From NCBI GenBank assembly GCA_965224245.1, contig OZ245046.1, positions 6,368,001 through 6,432,000 of the forward strand: 64,000 nucleotides of DNA, read 5' to 3'. Numbering within the stretch: position 1 is the stretch's first letter; each line of letters opens with the position of its first letter. The DNA is from Candidatus Eiseniibacteriota bacterium. GTDB taxonomy: Bacteria > Eisenbacteria > RBG-16-71-46 > CAZAMP01. Positions 40,801 through 49,603 of this stretch are shown here, one piece after another. The position numbers were made by a program, and so were the translations under genes. The notes below the pieces were generated by a model. The model was not told the origin of the DNA. It saw only the letters and a program-made list of their open reading frames with translations, and searched no databases.

Positions 40801-41151
40801 CACGCGGGCAACGAGGGAGAGGCGGCTAGCGTGGAGGGAGACCTCCTCTCGTCGCCGGACGCACCGGTCCCGGCGGCGTACGTGCTGTCTCCGCCGGGTC
40901 CAAACCCGCTCCGCAGCGGAACGTCGTTGACGTTCTCACTGCCCGAAGCGGACAAGGTAAGGCTGGTGATCTACGACACGAGTGGTCGCGCGGTGCGTAC
41001 ACTGGCGGACGGAACGTACGCGGCAGCCGTCCATCGTGCGGCCTGGAACGTTTGCGACGACGGCGGCCGGCTCGTGGGACCGGGTGTCTATTACGCGCGG
41101 ATCACGGCGGGGACGTACGAGGCTGAGCGTCGTCTCACGGTGATCCGATGA
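37870..41151 (+). CDS. Large secreted LVIVD-repeat protein with DVPDDQGG domain, FN3-like domain and Ig-CTD
   Basis: About 14 SGDLAFVAD..GL.VIDVSDP repeats; ITDVPDDQGGWVHLSFGRS; DNLPPGIPTGL; CTD PNPL...IYDTSGRAVRTL...PGVYY. Confidence 0.92.
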   Translation: MLTLRMTIASSALAFVLTPLAQPASAASRTYSEDFTTKTYCDTLSTTAWWDTEAGELRLHAFAPSLVGIHDTPGSAYSVSVSGDHAFVADYTDGLHIIDVTDPANPALLGTYGTPHKAADVVVAADHAFVADALSGLQIIDITDPSSPTFAGAYDTPDLALGVTMDGAHVFVADGVTGLLVFDCSDPSNPVLLGLRDTAGSAWDVEVSGDLAFVADDVAGLVVMDVSDLTSPTILGTYDTPGAARDVAAAGDLAFVSDESGGLQVIDVSDPANPLLVGTVATPSNAVGVTVSGNLAYVADESDGLLVFDVGNPSNPVIVHSFDTPSVATGVAVSGDLAFVTDTTAGLHVVRIGHPRKPGLESIFTNGESIIDVSVSGDLAFVAAGLLGLQVIDITDPTAPVVIGSYVTPAPVDHVAISGDVAFLAEEDYSTYQYRLLVFDVADPSNPVLISSYAATDWINSLSAAGDLLLMQVSFSGVEILDVSDPANPVLVSIYNGNRGGGTTISGNRAYLGGNPFRTLDISDPSVPALIGSASLFGNAGFGVEVAGDLAYLANGIWGLAVVDISDPTAPATVSYTWTEEDASDIAVSGNLALVTDYNWGLHVFDITDPVNPVLTDVYDTPDRAWRVVVDGEFAFIADVTGGLHILRIYQNELDTINDTGRSLTVSGGAGAIPRARLSEVGTGTVSWEVSADAGASWTAFATPDAWTRIASPGVDLQWRSLLVLDGVNHPTVSELTVEWLNEFGPVVSITDVPDDQGGWVHLSFGRSGYDFADESSLPVATYQIYRRLDDESLRLRVRTGGHVIDPRSLERAPLSSFDPSAIRSLDDRLYVLGEEESARGGMPPGVWEVLTTVSALQQDEYVVAVPTLGDSSATGVDWSVNLVTTHTTTPSIWFACEPDSGYSIDNLPPGIPTGLALVGTDLSWDVAPESDFEYHSIYGSAEATFDPSATLIGYTVDPTYDVSSASYGYYHVTTTDHAGNEGEAASVEGDLLSSPDAPVPAAYVLSPPGPNPLRSGTSLTFSLPEADKVRLVIYDTSGRAVRTLADGTYAAAVHRAAWNVCDDGGRLVGPGVYYARITAGTYEAERRLTVIR

Positions 41152-41305
41152 GGCCGAAGCCAGCCCGACGATCGGGATGCCGGACACCGTTTGCCTGGCA
41201 GCAAACGCTCACTGCCACGAGTCGAGCTTCCCGCGTCACCGCCTGGGTAAGGCGGGGACCCTACGGCGGCAACTGACCTGGTGGTAGCCTCCAGGTGGTA
41301 TCGGA

Positions 41306-41869
41306 TCAGTCGTCCGCCCGCACGACGGTGACCGAGTACGTCATCTCCGCCCGGCACGTGCTCCGCTGATCGATCACGAACGTGATCACGCCCACCTGTC
41401 GGTCCGCGTCGTACAGGTCGTACTCGCTCGTGCCCCATGGCATTCCGGGCATCGTCGCGTCGTGTACGACGTGCCTGCCCATTTCGAAGTCCGCCACGGA
41501 GTCCAGCTCCCGCATCGCGAGGCGGACCCGGAACGAGATGCCTTCCCGGCGCTCGAGACGAAGGGTGACGTGCTGGCCGGGATCCCACGCGGTGTCGTCG
41601 CCGGCGGTGAAGCTGCCGTAGTCGGGGTCGAGGTAGACCCGGCCGTCGGCTCCATCGACCACCTCGGTCACGTAGAACTTGTAGGCGAACTCGCCGTCAC
41701 CGGCGGTCCCCTCGTCGCAGTCGCGGATGATGGCGATCCGGTCGAGCGAGATCGTGACGTCGTCGAAGATCGGCTCGGCGGGTCCAGTGGGCTCGGTTGG
41801 GGAGCTCGAGTCGCTCCCGCAGCCGACGAGAAGCACGAGCCCGAGCGGAACGAGACAACACAAACGCAT
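41306..41869 (-). CDS. Hypothetical lipoprotein
   Basis: RBS GGAGGA; LLVGC lipobox; S/P-rich linker; I..DCD...GDGEF.Y domain. Confidence 0.8.
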   Translation of the reverse strand: MRLCCLVPLGLVLLVGCGSDSSSPTEPTGPAEPIFDDVTISLDRIAIIRDCDEGTAGDGEFAYKFYVTEVVDGADGRVYLDPDYGSFTAGDDTAWDPGQHVTLRLERREGISFRVRLAMRELDSVADFEMGRHVVHDATMPGMPWGTSEYDLYDADRQVGVITFVIDQRSTCRAEMTYSVTVVRADD

Positions 41870-42567
41870 GACGTCCTCCAGGAAGTGGATGAGAATCGAC
41901 CCCGATCATCCGGAGAAGCGCAAGCCGGCTCCGGATCACGCAACCGCCCCGCGGGGATGGACAATCGGCGCACGGATGGCGGTCGGGCAGTCGCCACGAG
42001 TCCGAGTGTGTAGCCTGTAGTGTCAATCTTGACAACGATTTACGCGAGGTTTCCTCGTCCCGCGAGCTCCGCGACCCTGAGGCCCCGCAGGGTAGCCGTG
42101 TCCAGCACCGCCGCACCTCGACCTCGAGCTGCCAGCTCCGCCGGGCCGGACCAGTAACGCCATGGAGAGAGGTGCCCTGGAGCCGTTCTCCGGGCTCGGA
42201 CGAGTCGCTCGACCCGACGCGCCAGAGGTTCGACCGCTTCGTCGACATCGAGCCCGGTCGTCACGACGACCGACGTCGCTGCGGTCGAATCGAGCGCTCC
42301 TTCGAGTCCGTCCGGCTCGCTCCGAAGATCCCGTCACATTGCGACCACGCCTTCATCACGCCCTCCCGAAAGGCGTTATGTCCAGGTCCCCGAACGGGAC
42401 TCGCGCATGCTCGTACATGGCACGGCTCGTGCGTCTTTGCTGACTGTCATCGGCGCGCTCGCGCCGAGCCAGCCGCTTCGCCGGAGCGAAGCGATCCACG
42501 AGTCAACCCCGCCCGCGCCCCGCACGTGTCCGTCGTTTCCTCATCGAGAGGAAGGAAGGAGTCGGAG

Positions 42568-43659
42568 GTGAGCGCGTCAAACGTCACGAGTGAATGGAAC
42601 GAGACGACCGGCAGTCGAAGCCCGCACGCGGCGATGGAGCTCCGGACTCCGCGTCGCGGAACGGGAGCGCTGATTCGCTGTGCATTAGGACTCGCCATGC
42701 TGGGTGTCTTCTGCTCGTCAGGGGTGGCCCAGGTGTTCGAGAACAATGGCACGACATCCGAGTACGACAACGACGGCGGCTGGTTCGGCTGGTCGCAATA
42801 CAACGTCACGGCATCCTGGACGGTCATCGTGGACGCCCGTCCGTCCGAGACCCAGCACTATCTCGTCACGCTGTGGGAAGACGACGTCGACTGGGACGAT
42901 GAGCTTGGACGGAAGATCGCGTGCATCGAGCCCGCGCAGTGGGTCGAGCGAGGGGATGGCCGCTTCCAGGTCACGATCCAGAAGACCTGGAATCGGATCA
43001 GCACGTACTACGGGGACGACTGGATCTCGACGATCGAGAGCGTCAGCGAGCGACGCGCGCTGGCAGGCGTGTGCGAGGGGCCGTCATGCGGAGCGATCAG
43101 CACGACCTTCGAGCAGTGGACCGAGTTCGATCCGCTGGAGCAGGTCATTCGTCTGGAGGAGTCGGCGTGCACGATCGTGGAGTTCCGCTATGGCGAGCAT
43201 CACAGTGACTTTCGAGAGGACCCCATCCTCCCGGGCGAATCGCGTCTCGTGCGCTACGATCCTCAGGGTGGGTTGCAGCCGTTCGAGATCACGTTCGAGG
43301 GTGGCCGAGTCGAGGCCGGGACGCTGATCGGAATGGTCGATCCGGATGCTCTCGCTGCCGATGCACCGCCCGGTGGGGCCGTGATCCACGTGAGCATGAC
43401 ACCGCATCCGTTCGCCGCGGGCAACGCCCGGTTCCGGCTGTCGCTGCCGGAGGCAGCGGTGGTCAGTCTCAGAATCCATGGAGTCGATGGACGGCTCGTC
43501 CGCACGCTCCTTCGCGACGAGAGCCTCGATGCCGGCCTCCACCCGATCGGCTGGGACGGCCGCGACGATTCAGGACGCAGGGTCGCCAGTGGCGTTTATC
43601 AGTACGTTCTCGATACTCCGGCGGGTATCCGCTCGGACGGCCTCGTCGTGACCCACTGA
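42568..43659 (+). CDS. Secreted hypothetical protein with Ig-CTD
   Basis: Signal-like LIRCALGLAMLGVFCSSGVA; CTD PHPF...IHGVDGRLVRTL...WDGRDDSGRRVASGVY. Start uncertain (GTG 42568 or ATG 42634). Confidence 0.8.
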   Translation: MSASNVTSEWNETTGSRSPHAAMELRTPRRGTGALIRCALGLAMLGVFCSSGVAQVFENNGTTSEYDNDGGWFGWSQYNVTASWTVIVDARPSETQHYLVTLWEDDVDWDDELGRKIACIEPAQWVERGDGRFQVTIQKTWNRISTYYGDDWISTIESVSERRALAGVCEGPSCGAISTTFEQWTEFDPLEQVIRLEESACTIVEFRYGEHHSDFREDPILPGESRLVRYDPQGGLQPFEITFEGGRVEAGTLIGMVDPDALAADAPPGGAVIHVSMTPHPFAAGNARFRLSLPEAAVVSLRIHGVDGRLVRTLLRDESLDAGLHPIGWDGRDDSGRRVASGVYQYVLDTPAGIRSDGLVVTH

Positions 43660-43853
43660 TCTCGCCAGACATGCGACCAGAGGACCGGAGCGATCGGACC
43701 CGGCGGGGGAGGAGGCACCACCGGCGCGCTGCTCGGCCGAGCGGCCCGCCGGTTCCCGTTTCCGAGACCCTGTTGCCTGCGCTGAGTAACTGCCAGGAGG
43801 TCGCCGTGCTACACTCGCGACCCTGTTACATCGCACCCAGGAGAACGTCCATC

Positions 43854-44588
43854 ATGCGCATCCGTCTCTCGGTTCTGACCGGCGTCTCGGCCCTGACGGT
43901 CCTCTCGGCTCTGAGCACGCCCGCCTTCGCACAGTTCCTGTTCCGGGCCGACTTCGAGGACGGTGTCGTCGGCATGGCGCCTCCCTCGTCGCCGGCCGGG
44001 GAGCCCGTCGGCGATACGATCGTCGTCCGTGACTCGGCGCCGGGGTCGATCACGGTTGCCGACGGCATCGCCGGGATGAGTGGCAACGCCGTGCTCATGG
44101 ACCGTTCGGTGGGCACCGGGACTTTCGCCGTCGACTGTCTTCCCGCACCCGAAGCGGGCGAGGCGAGGGTGTTCGAGCTGCGCTGGCGGTCGGTGGCCCT
44201 GACTCAGCAGTTCCTGCTGAGCGTGACCATCCGGGCGGGTGCGTATCTGATGGGCTCCGTCCAGTTTCGCCGCGAGGGCGAGATCACCTTCGGCTCCGCG
44301 GACAACACCCTCGACGTGACCTGGCAGCAGGGCATCCCGCAGGAGTTCGTGCTCGCCGTCGATCTCGACAAGGAGCTGACGCTGCTCTATGTCGACGGCG
44401 TCCAGATCCCGCTCCCCTTCTCGCTCTCCGCCGCGCCGGAACCGATCGATCGGATCGGGTTCGAGATGGGTGGCCAGGGCCTCGACGACTTCGCCTTCGA
44501 TGACGTCGAGCTCGAGATCGTCGATGCGATCGTGCCGGCTCGACCCTCCACCTGGGGCGCGCTGAAGGAGCGCTACGATCCTCGCTGA
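43854..44588 (+). CDS. Secreted LamG/ConA-like beta-sandwich protein with TWG tail
   Basis: RBS AGGAG; signal peptide ending PAFA; ADFEDG...LYVDGV...IDRIGF...FDDV; ends IVPARPSTWGALKERYDPR. Confidence 0.85.
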   Translation: MRIRLSVLTGVSALTVLSALSTPAFAQFLFRADFEDGVVGMAPPSSPAGEPVGDTIVVRDSAPGSITVADGIAGMSGNAVLMDRSVGTGTFAVDCLPAPEAGEARVFELRWRSVALTQQFLLSVTIRAGAYLMGSVQFRREGEITFGSADNTLDVTWQQGIPQEFVLAVDLDKELTLLYVDGVQIPLPFSLSAAPEPIDRIGFEMGGQGLDDFAFDDVELEIVDAIVPARPSTWGALKERYDPR

Positions 44589-44987
44589 CGTCCTCTGAAC
44601 TCGACACGATGCCCAGCAACGGGATGAGCTGCTGGGCACTCGCTCGTGTCGAATCGCCGGTCGGACCCGGGCTATACGACTGCAACCATGGGGCGTTCCG
44701 GCAGTGACGGGCACGGTCGTCCGCACCGTGAGCTCGCAACCGACAGCTCGATGACATCGCGGGGCTCCGGAAGCTCCTTCGCGGTGTCATTGGCGCCGGA
44801 GAACGTGATTCCCCGAGCGCAGGTATTTTTCGCGCCCGAGGGCAATCAGCTGGGCGAGAGGACTTGGCGAGTCGTTCGACTCCGCCGGCCGGGCGGTGTT
44901 GATGAACTGGCGCGGCGAGATCTGCATCCGCCCGGAAGGGGCTCGGAGCCGCTCTTGCCGATCGTCGAGAGTGAAATGGAGTGCACG

Positions 44988-47669
44988 ATGTGCCCGGCTG
45001 CCCGGTTCCGCCGACTTGCGATTCTCGTGGCAACTCTCCTCCCAGGCTCGGTCAGCGTCGTCGCAAGTGCCCCGCCGTCGCTCACGGAGACTCGGTTCCT
45101 GCCCGGCGATGACACGCCAGCGGCGGCCATCGGCATGCAGAGCAACCCCCAGATCTGTGCGGGCGACGAATCCTATCTCGCGGTGTGGGTGGACAGCCGG
45201 GCGTCGATCACCCACATCGGCACCTTCTCGGGTGGACCCACGTACGACGAACACACCGGAAGCATGTGGGACATCTACGCGGTGCGGTTGAACGCAAACG
45301 GAGACCCGATCGACTCGACACCGATCATCGTCGCACAGCAGGTGATGAACCAGGGTATTCCCGACGTGGCATGGAACGGCGAGAACTGGCTCGTGATCTG
45401 GACCGGACAGGTCGGTCTCCAGTGCTGCGCCAACGAGGATCGGTATGCGGCTCGCGTGTCACCGGACGGCGTGGTGCTCGACGAGACGCCGATCGCGATC
45501 GCGAGATACCCGGAGGCGGAGGCATTGTGGCCGGCGGCGGTCGGGAGTGACGGAACGAACTGGCTCGTGGTCTGGATGACCCGTGGCACGTCGACGTCGT
45601 TCCGCGTGAATGCGACGCGGGTTGCGCCGGACGGCACCGTCCTCGACCCCGGCGGTGTCGAGATCGCGGCCGGCAGCTCTCCCGGAGACTTCGACGTAGC
45701 GTTCGCCGGGGGCGAGTACTTCGTCACGTGGTCGAGCGGGGGCATGACCAGCGGCGGCGACATCCTCGGACAGCGTTTGCAGCCAGACCTGACGCGAATT
45801 GGTGGCCCGATTCGCGTCAATCTCTACACGCCGTCGCTCGGCTGGAACGGTCGGGTGGCCACCGACGGCACGGACTACTTCGTCACGTGGTGGGAGCATC
45901 GGTACGACTACTACTCGGCGCTGGTCGGCGCGCGTGTTACCCATGACGGCACCGTTCTCGATCCGGACGGTCTCTTTCTCACCGAAGCTTACGGCACGCA
46001 GAACTACTTTCCCTCGGTCACCTTCGATGGTGTGAACTACGTCGTCGTCTACGACCGGAGCGACCGTGATCTCTACGCGACCCGCGTCACGCCGGCCGGC
46101 GTGATCCTCGACTACGACATCGATGCAATCCCGGTCTCCTCGGCCCCCGAGCCACAGTGGATGTCGGCTGTCGATCGCCTGCCCGGCATGGATCGCTCGC
46201 TGGCGATCTGGAGAGACGATCGCCACAGCCCGTCGGTGTTTGCGTCGATCGGTGACATCTTCGCCGCGACGATCGAAGCGGATGGCTCCGTGGGATCGGA
46301 GCACTGCGTCGCCCTCGGTGCGCCGCGTCAGACGCTGTTACGACTGATCCCGAATGACACCGGACATCTCGCCGTGTATCGGAGTGAGACCTCGAGTGAA
46401 ACCCGGATCCTGGCCCAGCGCCTCGACGCCGGAGGAACCGCGATCGACGCCGAGCCGGTGGTCGTTGTCGCCGGCGGCGCCGGCATCTCCAGCCCGGCTG
46501 CCGCGTGGAACGGATCGGTGCACCTCGTGGTCTGGGAGGACGGCGCCATCAACCAGGCTTTCGGGCGTCGCTTCACCGCCGATCTCACCCCCCTCGACGT
46601 GCTGCCGATCAGCATCATGCCCGGCAACATGACCGACGTGGCCGCGCTCGACGATCTCTTCCTGGTCGTCACGTCGTGGGAGGAGCCGCACGAGGTGCGC
46701 GGCGGCTACGGCGTGCGCGTTCGTGGATCCGACGGGGCCGTCCTCGACGCGACCCCCAGGCTCTTCTCCAGCGGATACACAGTCCATCCGCGCGTGGCTA
46801 CACTCGGTGATCGGTGGATCACCGTGTGGGAGAGCCACGCGACACACGACACCCCTAGCTCGACCGCCAAGGGCAACTTCGTCGATCAAACGGGCGCGCC
46901 GGGAGCTTGGTTCTACGTCGATCTCGACGCCAGGAAGCCGGTCGTAGCCGGTAGCGGTGATCAGGCTCTCCTCGTGGTGGATGGTCGCAACTGGCCCCTC
47001 AACCAGGATGTCTACGCCCGCCGCATCCTTTCCGATGGAACGCTCCTCGACGACTACCGCGAGATCGTCGTGGCCGAGGTGGCCGAGGAACAGTTCGACA
47101 CCGCGGTGGCGTGGGACGGAAGCGAGTTCGTCACCACGTTCAGCGATTTCCGCGACGACACGTTTCGTAGCGATCTCTACGGAGCGCGTGTCGGCGGGGA
47201 CGGAGCGGTTCTCGACCCCGGGGGCTTCGTGGTGGTGAACGACAGCATTCCCGAGATGTTCTCGGCGGTGACCGGCTCCGGCGGGGAGTTCGTGATCGGA
47301 GGATCGATCTTCCGGCCGGACGACGGATACGCGAACTACCGGATTGCCGTACGAAGCTCGTCACCGGTCGTGGGAACTCCGGGCGTGGGGGACGACATCC
47401 GGCCGCCGTTGCTGACCTTGACTCGGAATCCCACGCCGGGACCGATGTCGATCGTGCTCACCCCGAGCAACTCGGCTCCCGTGACGGTGAGCGTCTTCGA
47501 TGCAGCCGGACGCCTCGTGTACACGCTGTTCGAGGGGCGTGCGCACGGGGTGCTGCGCCTCACCTGGGACGGGCGCGACGCGCGGGGACGAGAGGTTGCC
47601 CCGGGGACGTACTTCGTGCGGGCGGCGACGCCAGCCTCGGAGTCCGTGGTGCGGGCCGTTCGCCTGTGA
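44988..47669 (+). CDS. Secreted repeat (propeller) protein with Ig-CTD
   Basis: About 13 repeats of P.VA.DG.NYLVVW.D...DIYA.RV..DG.VLDP; CTD NPT...VFDAAGRLVYTL...WDGRDARG..VAPGTYF. Confidence 0.88.
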   Translation: MCPAARFRRLAILVATLLPGSVSVVASAPPSLTETRFLPGDDTPAAAIGMQSNPQICAGDESYLAVWVDSRASITHIGTFSGGPTYDEHTGSMWDIYAVRLNANGDPIDSTPIIVAQQVMNQGIPDVAWNGENWLVIWTGQVGLQCCANEDRYAARVSPDGVVLDETPIAIARYPEAEALWPAAVGSDGTNWLVVWMTRGTSTSFRVNATRVAPDGTVLDPGGVEIAAGSSPGDFDVAFAGGEYFVTWSSGGMTSGGDILGQRLQPDLTRIGGPIRVNLYTPSLGWNGRVATDGTDYFVTWWEHRYDYYSALVGARVTHDGTVLDPDGLFLTEAYGTQNYFPSVTFDGVNYVVVYDRSDRDLYATRVTPAGVILDYDIDAIPVSSAPEPQWMSAVDRLPGMDRSLAIWRDDRHSPSVFASIGDIFAATIEADGSVGSEHCVALGAPRQTLLRLIPNDTGHLAVYRSETSSETRILAQRLDAGGTAIDAEPVVVVAGGAGISSPAAAWNGSVHLVVWEDGAINQAFGRRFTADLTPLDVLPISIMPGNMTDVAALDDLFLVVTSWEEPHEVRGGYGVRVRGSDGAVLDATPRLFSSGYTVHPRVATLGDRWITVWESHATHDTPSSTAKGNFVDQTGAPGAWFYVDLDARKPVVAGSGDQALLVVDGRNWPLNQDVYARRILSDGTLLDDYREIVVAEVAEEQFDTAVAWDGSEFVTTFSDFRDDTFRSDLYGARVGGDGAVLDPGGFVVVNDSIPEMFSAVTGSGGEFVIGGSIFRPDDGYANYRIAVRSSSPVVGTPGVGDDIRPPLLTLTRNPTPGPMSIVLTPSNSAPVTVSVFDAAGRLVYTLFEGRAHGVLRLTWDGRDARGREVAPGTYFVRAATPASESVVRAVRL

Positions 47670-47921
47670 ACCGGGGATCCGGATCCGAGCCGCCTCGGGT
47701 CAGGGAAACGACGATCGCAGGCTTGGGCGGGCCCCAGCGTGGAATGGATGTCGGCGGTGACGGCAACCGAGCCGTCAAGAGCGTAACGTCAACTGAAGCA
47801 ACGCCTAAGCGTTCTCGGGGATGGACGACGACTCAGGAATGCGAGCATCGGGTGTATCTTTCGCCCGTTACCCGAAACCACATGTCAGGACCATGGACGG
47901 TCGAGGGTTTTTTTCTGATAC

Positions 47922-47941
47922 TTTTCAGGATTTCCTGAAAA
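47922..47941. promoter_or_regulatory. Perfect 9-2-9 palindrome, candidate operator
   Basis: TTTTCAGGA-tt-TCCTGAAAA in an AT-rich patch about 190 nt upstream of ATG 48135. Confidence 0.5.
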
Positions 47942-48134
47942 TGGGCCCCTGACACCCATCCCGACCGGATGTCGGCCGGCGGAGCTGGCATCGGAGACCC
48001 GTTACGGACGTTCGATGGCCTCCTGTCCGATCGTCGCGGACCGAGACCATCTTCCAGATCCCTGCACGACGAGTGGGAGGCCCGCACGCCGCATCCAGCC
48101 CCCGAGCGGCGCGCATCCACACGAGGAGAGGACG

Positions 48135-49565
48135 ATGAGGCGAGAGAGATCCCTGCGACGAGGCGCCGTCTGGATGGTCGCGATGCTGGCGGCGCCCCCC
48201 TCGTTCGCCGCGGAGCCGTGCGCGGACTGGGAGCTGGTCGACACACCGAATCCCGGCACGACGTTCAACTTCATCAACGGCGTCGCGCGGCTGGGCGCCG
48301 GGGATGCTCTGGCCATGGGGCGAGACGGCCAGGGAGCGTTCGCGTTGAGGTGGAACCGGACGACATGGTCCGAGATCGCGATTCCCTCCACGGCCGAGGT
48401 CGGCGGTACGTACATCGTCGAGGGTTGTGGAAGCACCCCCGCCGGCGACGTGTGGGCGGTCGGAGCTGTGTTCCTGAGCTCGTTCGATTCTGCCCCACTG
48501 GCCATGCGTCACGACGGCACGGACTGGGATCTCGTCGAGGTCGTCTCGCTAGATGGTGCACGCACCGGCGGCGCCGTGGCCGTTCATGCGCTCGCCGACG
48601 ACGATGCGTGGGCGGTCGGTGCGAAAGGTGGGGATGGTGGCGGTGTCGGCGGGAGTCCCGTTCTCGCCATGCACTGGGACGGTTCCTCGTGGACCGAGTT
48701 CCCGGCCCCGGCCGTCGGTGATCGCCAGAACCACCTCGAGTCAGTCTCGATGGTCGCGACCGACGACGTGTGGGCGGTGGGGGATCACCAGAACATCGTC
48801 CAGTCGCCACTCGGCTTCCACGCCACGACGCTTCACTGGGATGGCTCCACATGGAGCGAGATCGTGAACCCGGGTTACTCCATCGCGGAGGGGACCCACC
48901 TCATGAGCGTGGCGGCCGTCGCGACCGACGACGTGTGGGCCGCGGGCTACGGTCCCGACGGAGTGCTGTTCATGCACTGGGATGGTTCGGGCTGGTCGAT
49001 CGTCCCCGCCCCCGCCACCTCGAGCAGCTTCGGTGGCGGCCTGACCGTGCTCGCACCCCACGACATCTGGGCTACGACCGGCCGGGAGTTTCTGCACTGG
49101 AACGGCGCGGACTGGCAGGTCGTGCTCCCGGCCGAAGTGCCCGGAGCCTCCGGCATTGCCCTTGGCCAGCTCGCACGGATCGGCGCGTGCGAGCTGTGGG
49201 CGGCCGGGAGCTACCAGCCCGAGGGTGCACCGTACGCACGCACGCTCGCGCAGCACTTCCAGGCGGGCGTCGTCTCGGTGCCCGGGACCGTGACCGCACC
49301 GTCGATCATCTCCGGGCTGATCGCCCGCCCCAACCCGCTCCGGGCGCGTGCCGTCATCGGCTTCGATCTGACCGAGAACGCAGTGGTCAGCATGAACGTG
49401 TTCGACGCGAGCGGGAGGCAGGTTCTGACGCGTGCGGGCCGACGCCATCCGGCCGGCACTCATGCGGTCGAGCTCGATGCCACCGGTCTGGCATCAGGAA
49501 CCTACTTCGTGCGTGTCGAGGCCGGCGCGGAGTCCATGGCGATGCCGATATCGGTGCATCGCTGA
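48135..49565 (+). CDS. Secreted beta-propeller protein (DDVWAVG / HWDGSSW repeats) with Ig-CTD
   Basis: RBS GAGGAG; signal peptide; 6-7 repeats; CTD PNPL...VFDASGRQV...SGTYFV. Confidence 0.88.
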   Translation: MRRERSLRRGAVWMVAMLAAPPSFAAEPCADWELVDTPNPGTTFNFINGVARLGAGDALAMGRDGQGAFALRWNRTTWSEIAIPSTAEVGGTYIVEGCGSTPAGDVWAVGAVFLSSFDSAPLAMRHDGTDWDLVEVVSLDGARTGGAVAVHALADDDAWAVGAKGGDGGGVGGSPVLAMHWDGSSWTEFPAPAVGDRQNHLESVSMVATDDVWAVGDHQNIVQSPLGFHATTLHWDGSTWSEIVNPGYSIAEGTHLMSVAAVATDDVWAAGYGPDGVLFMHWDGSGWSIVPAPATSSSFGGGLTVLAPHDIWATTGREFLHWNGADWQVVLPAEVPGASGIALGQLARIGACELWAAGSYQPEGAPYARTLAQHFQAGVVSVPGTVTAPSIISGLIARPNPLRARAVIGFDLTENAVVSMNVFDASGRQVLTRAGRRHPAGTHAVELDATGLASGTYFVRVEAGAESMAMPISVHR

Positions 49566-49603
49566 TCCATGATCGGCGGGTGAGCACGGTGAGGAGGTGA
49601 GGA

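Noticed and set aside
24918-41151. CRISPR or DNA tandem repeats
   Set aside because: The periodicity comes from degenerate LVIVD and FG-GAP protein repeats; there are no identical repeat-spacer units.
41185-41296. Three hairpins between convergent genes as an ncRNA
   Set aside because: The stems are short (5-7 bp) in GC-rich DNA with no recognisable motif; they are probably terminators.
44865-44890. tRNA T-loop-like GTTCGACTCC
   Set aside because: The T-stem does not pair and no cloverleaf forms.
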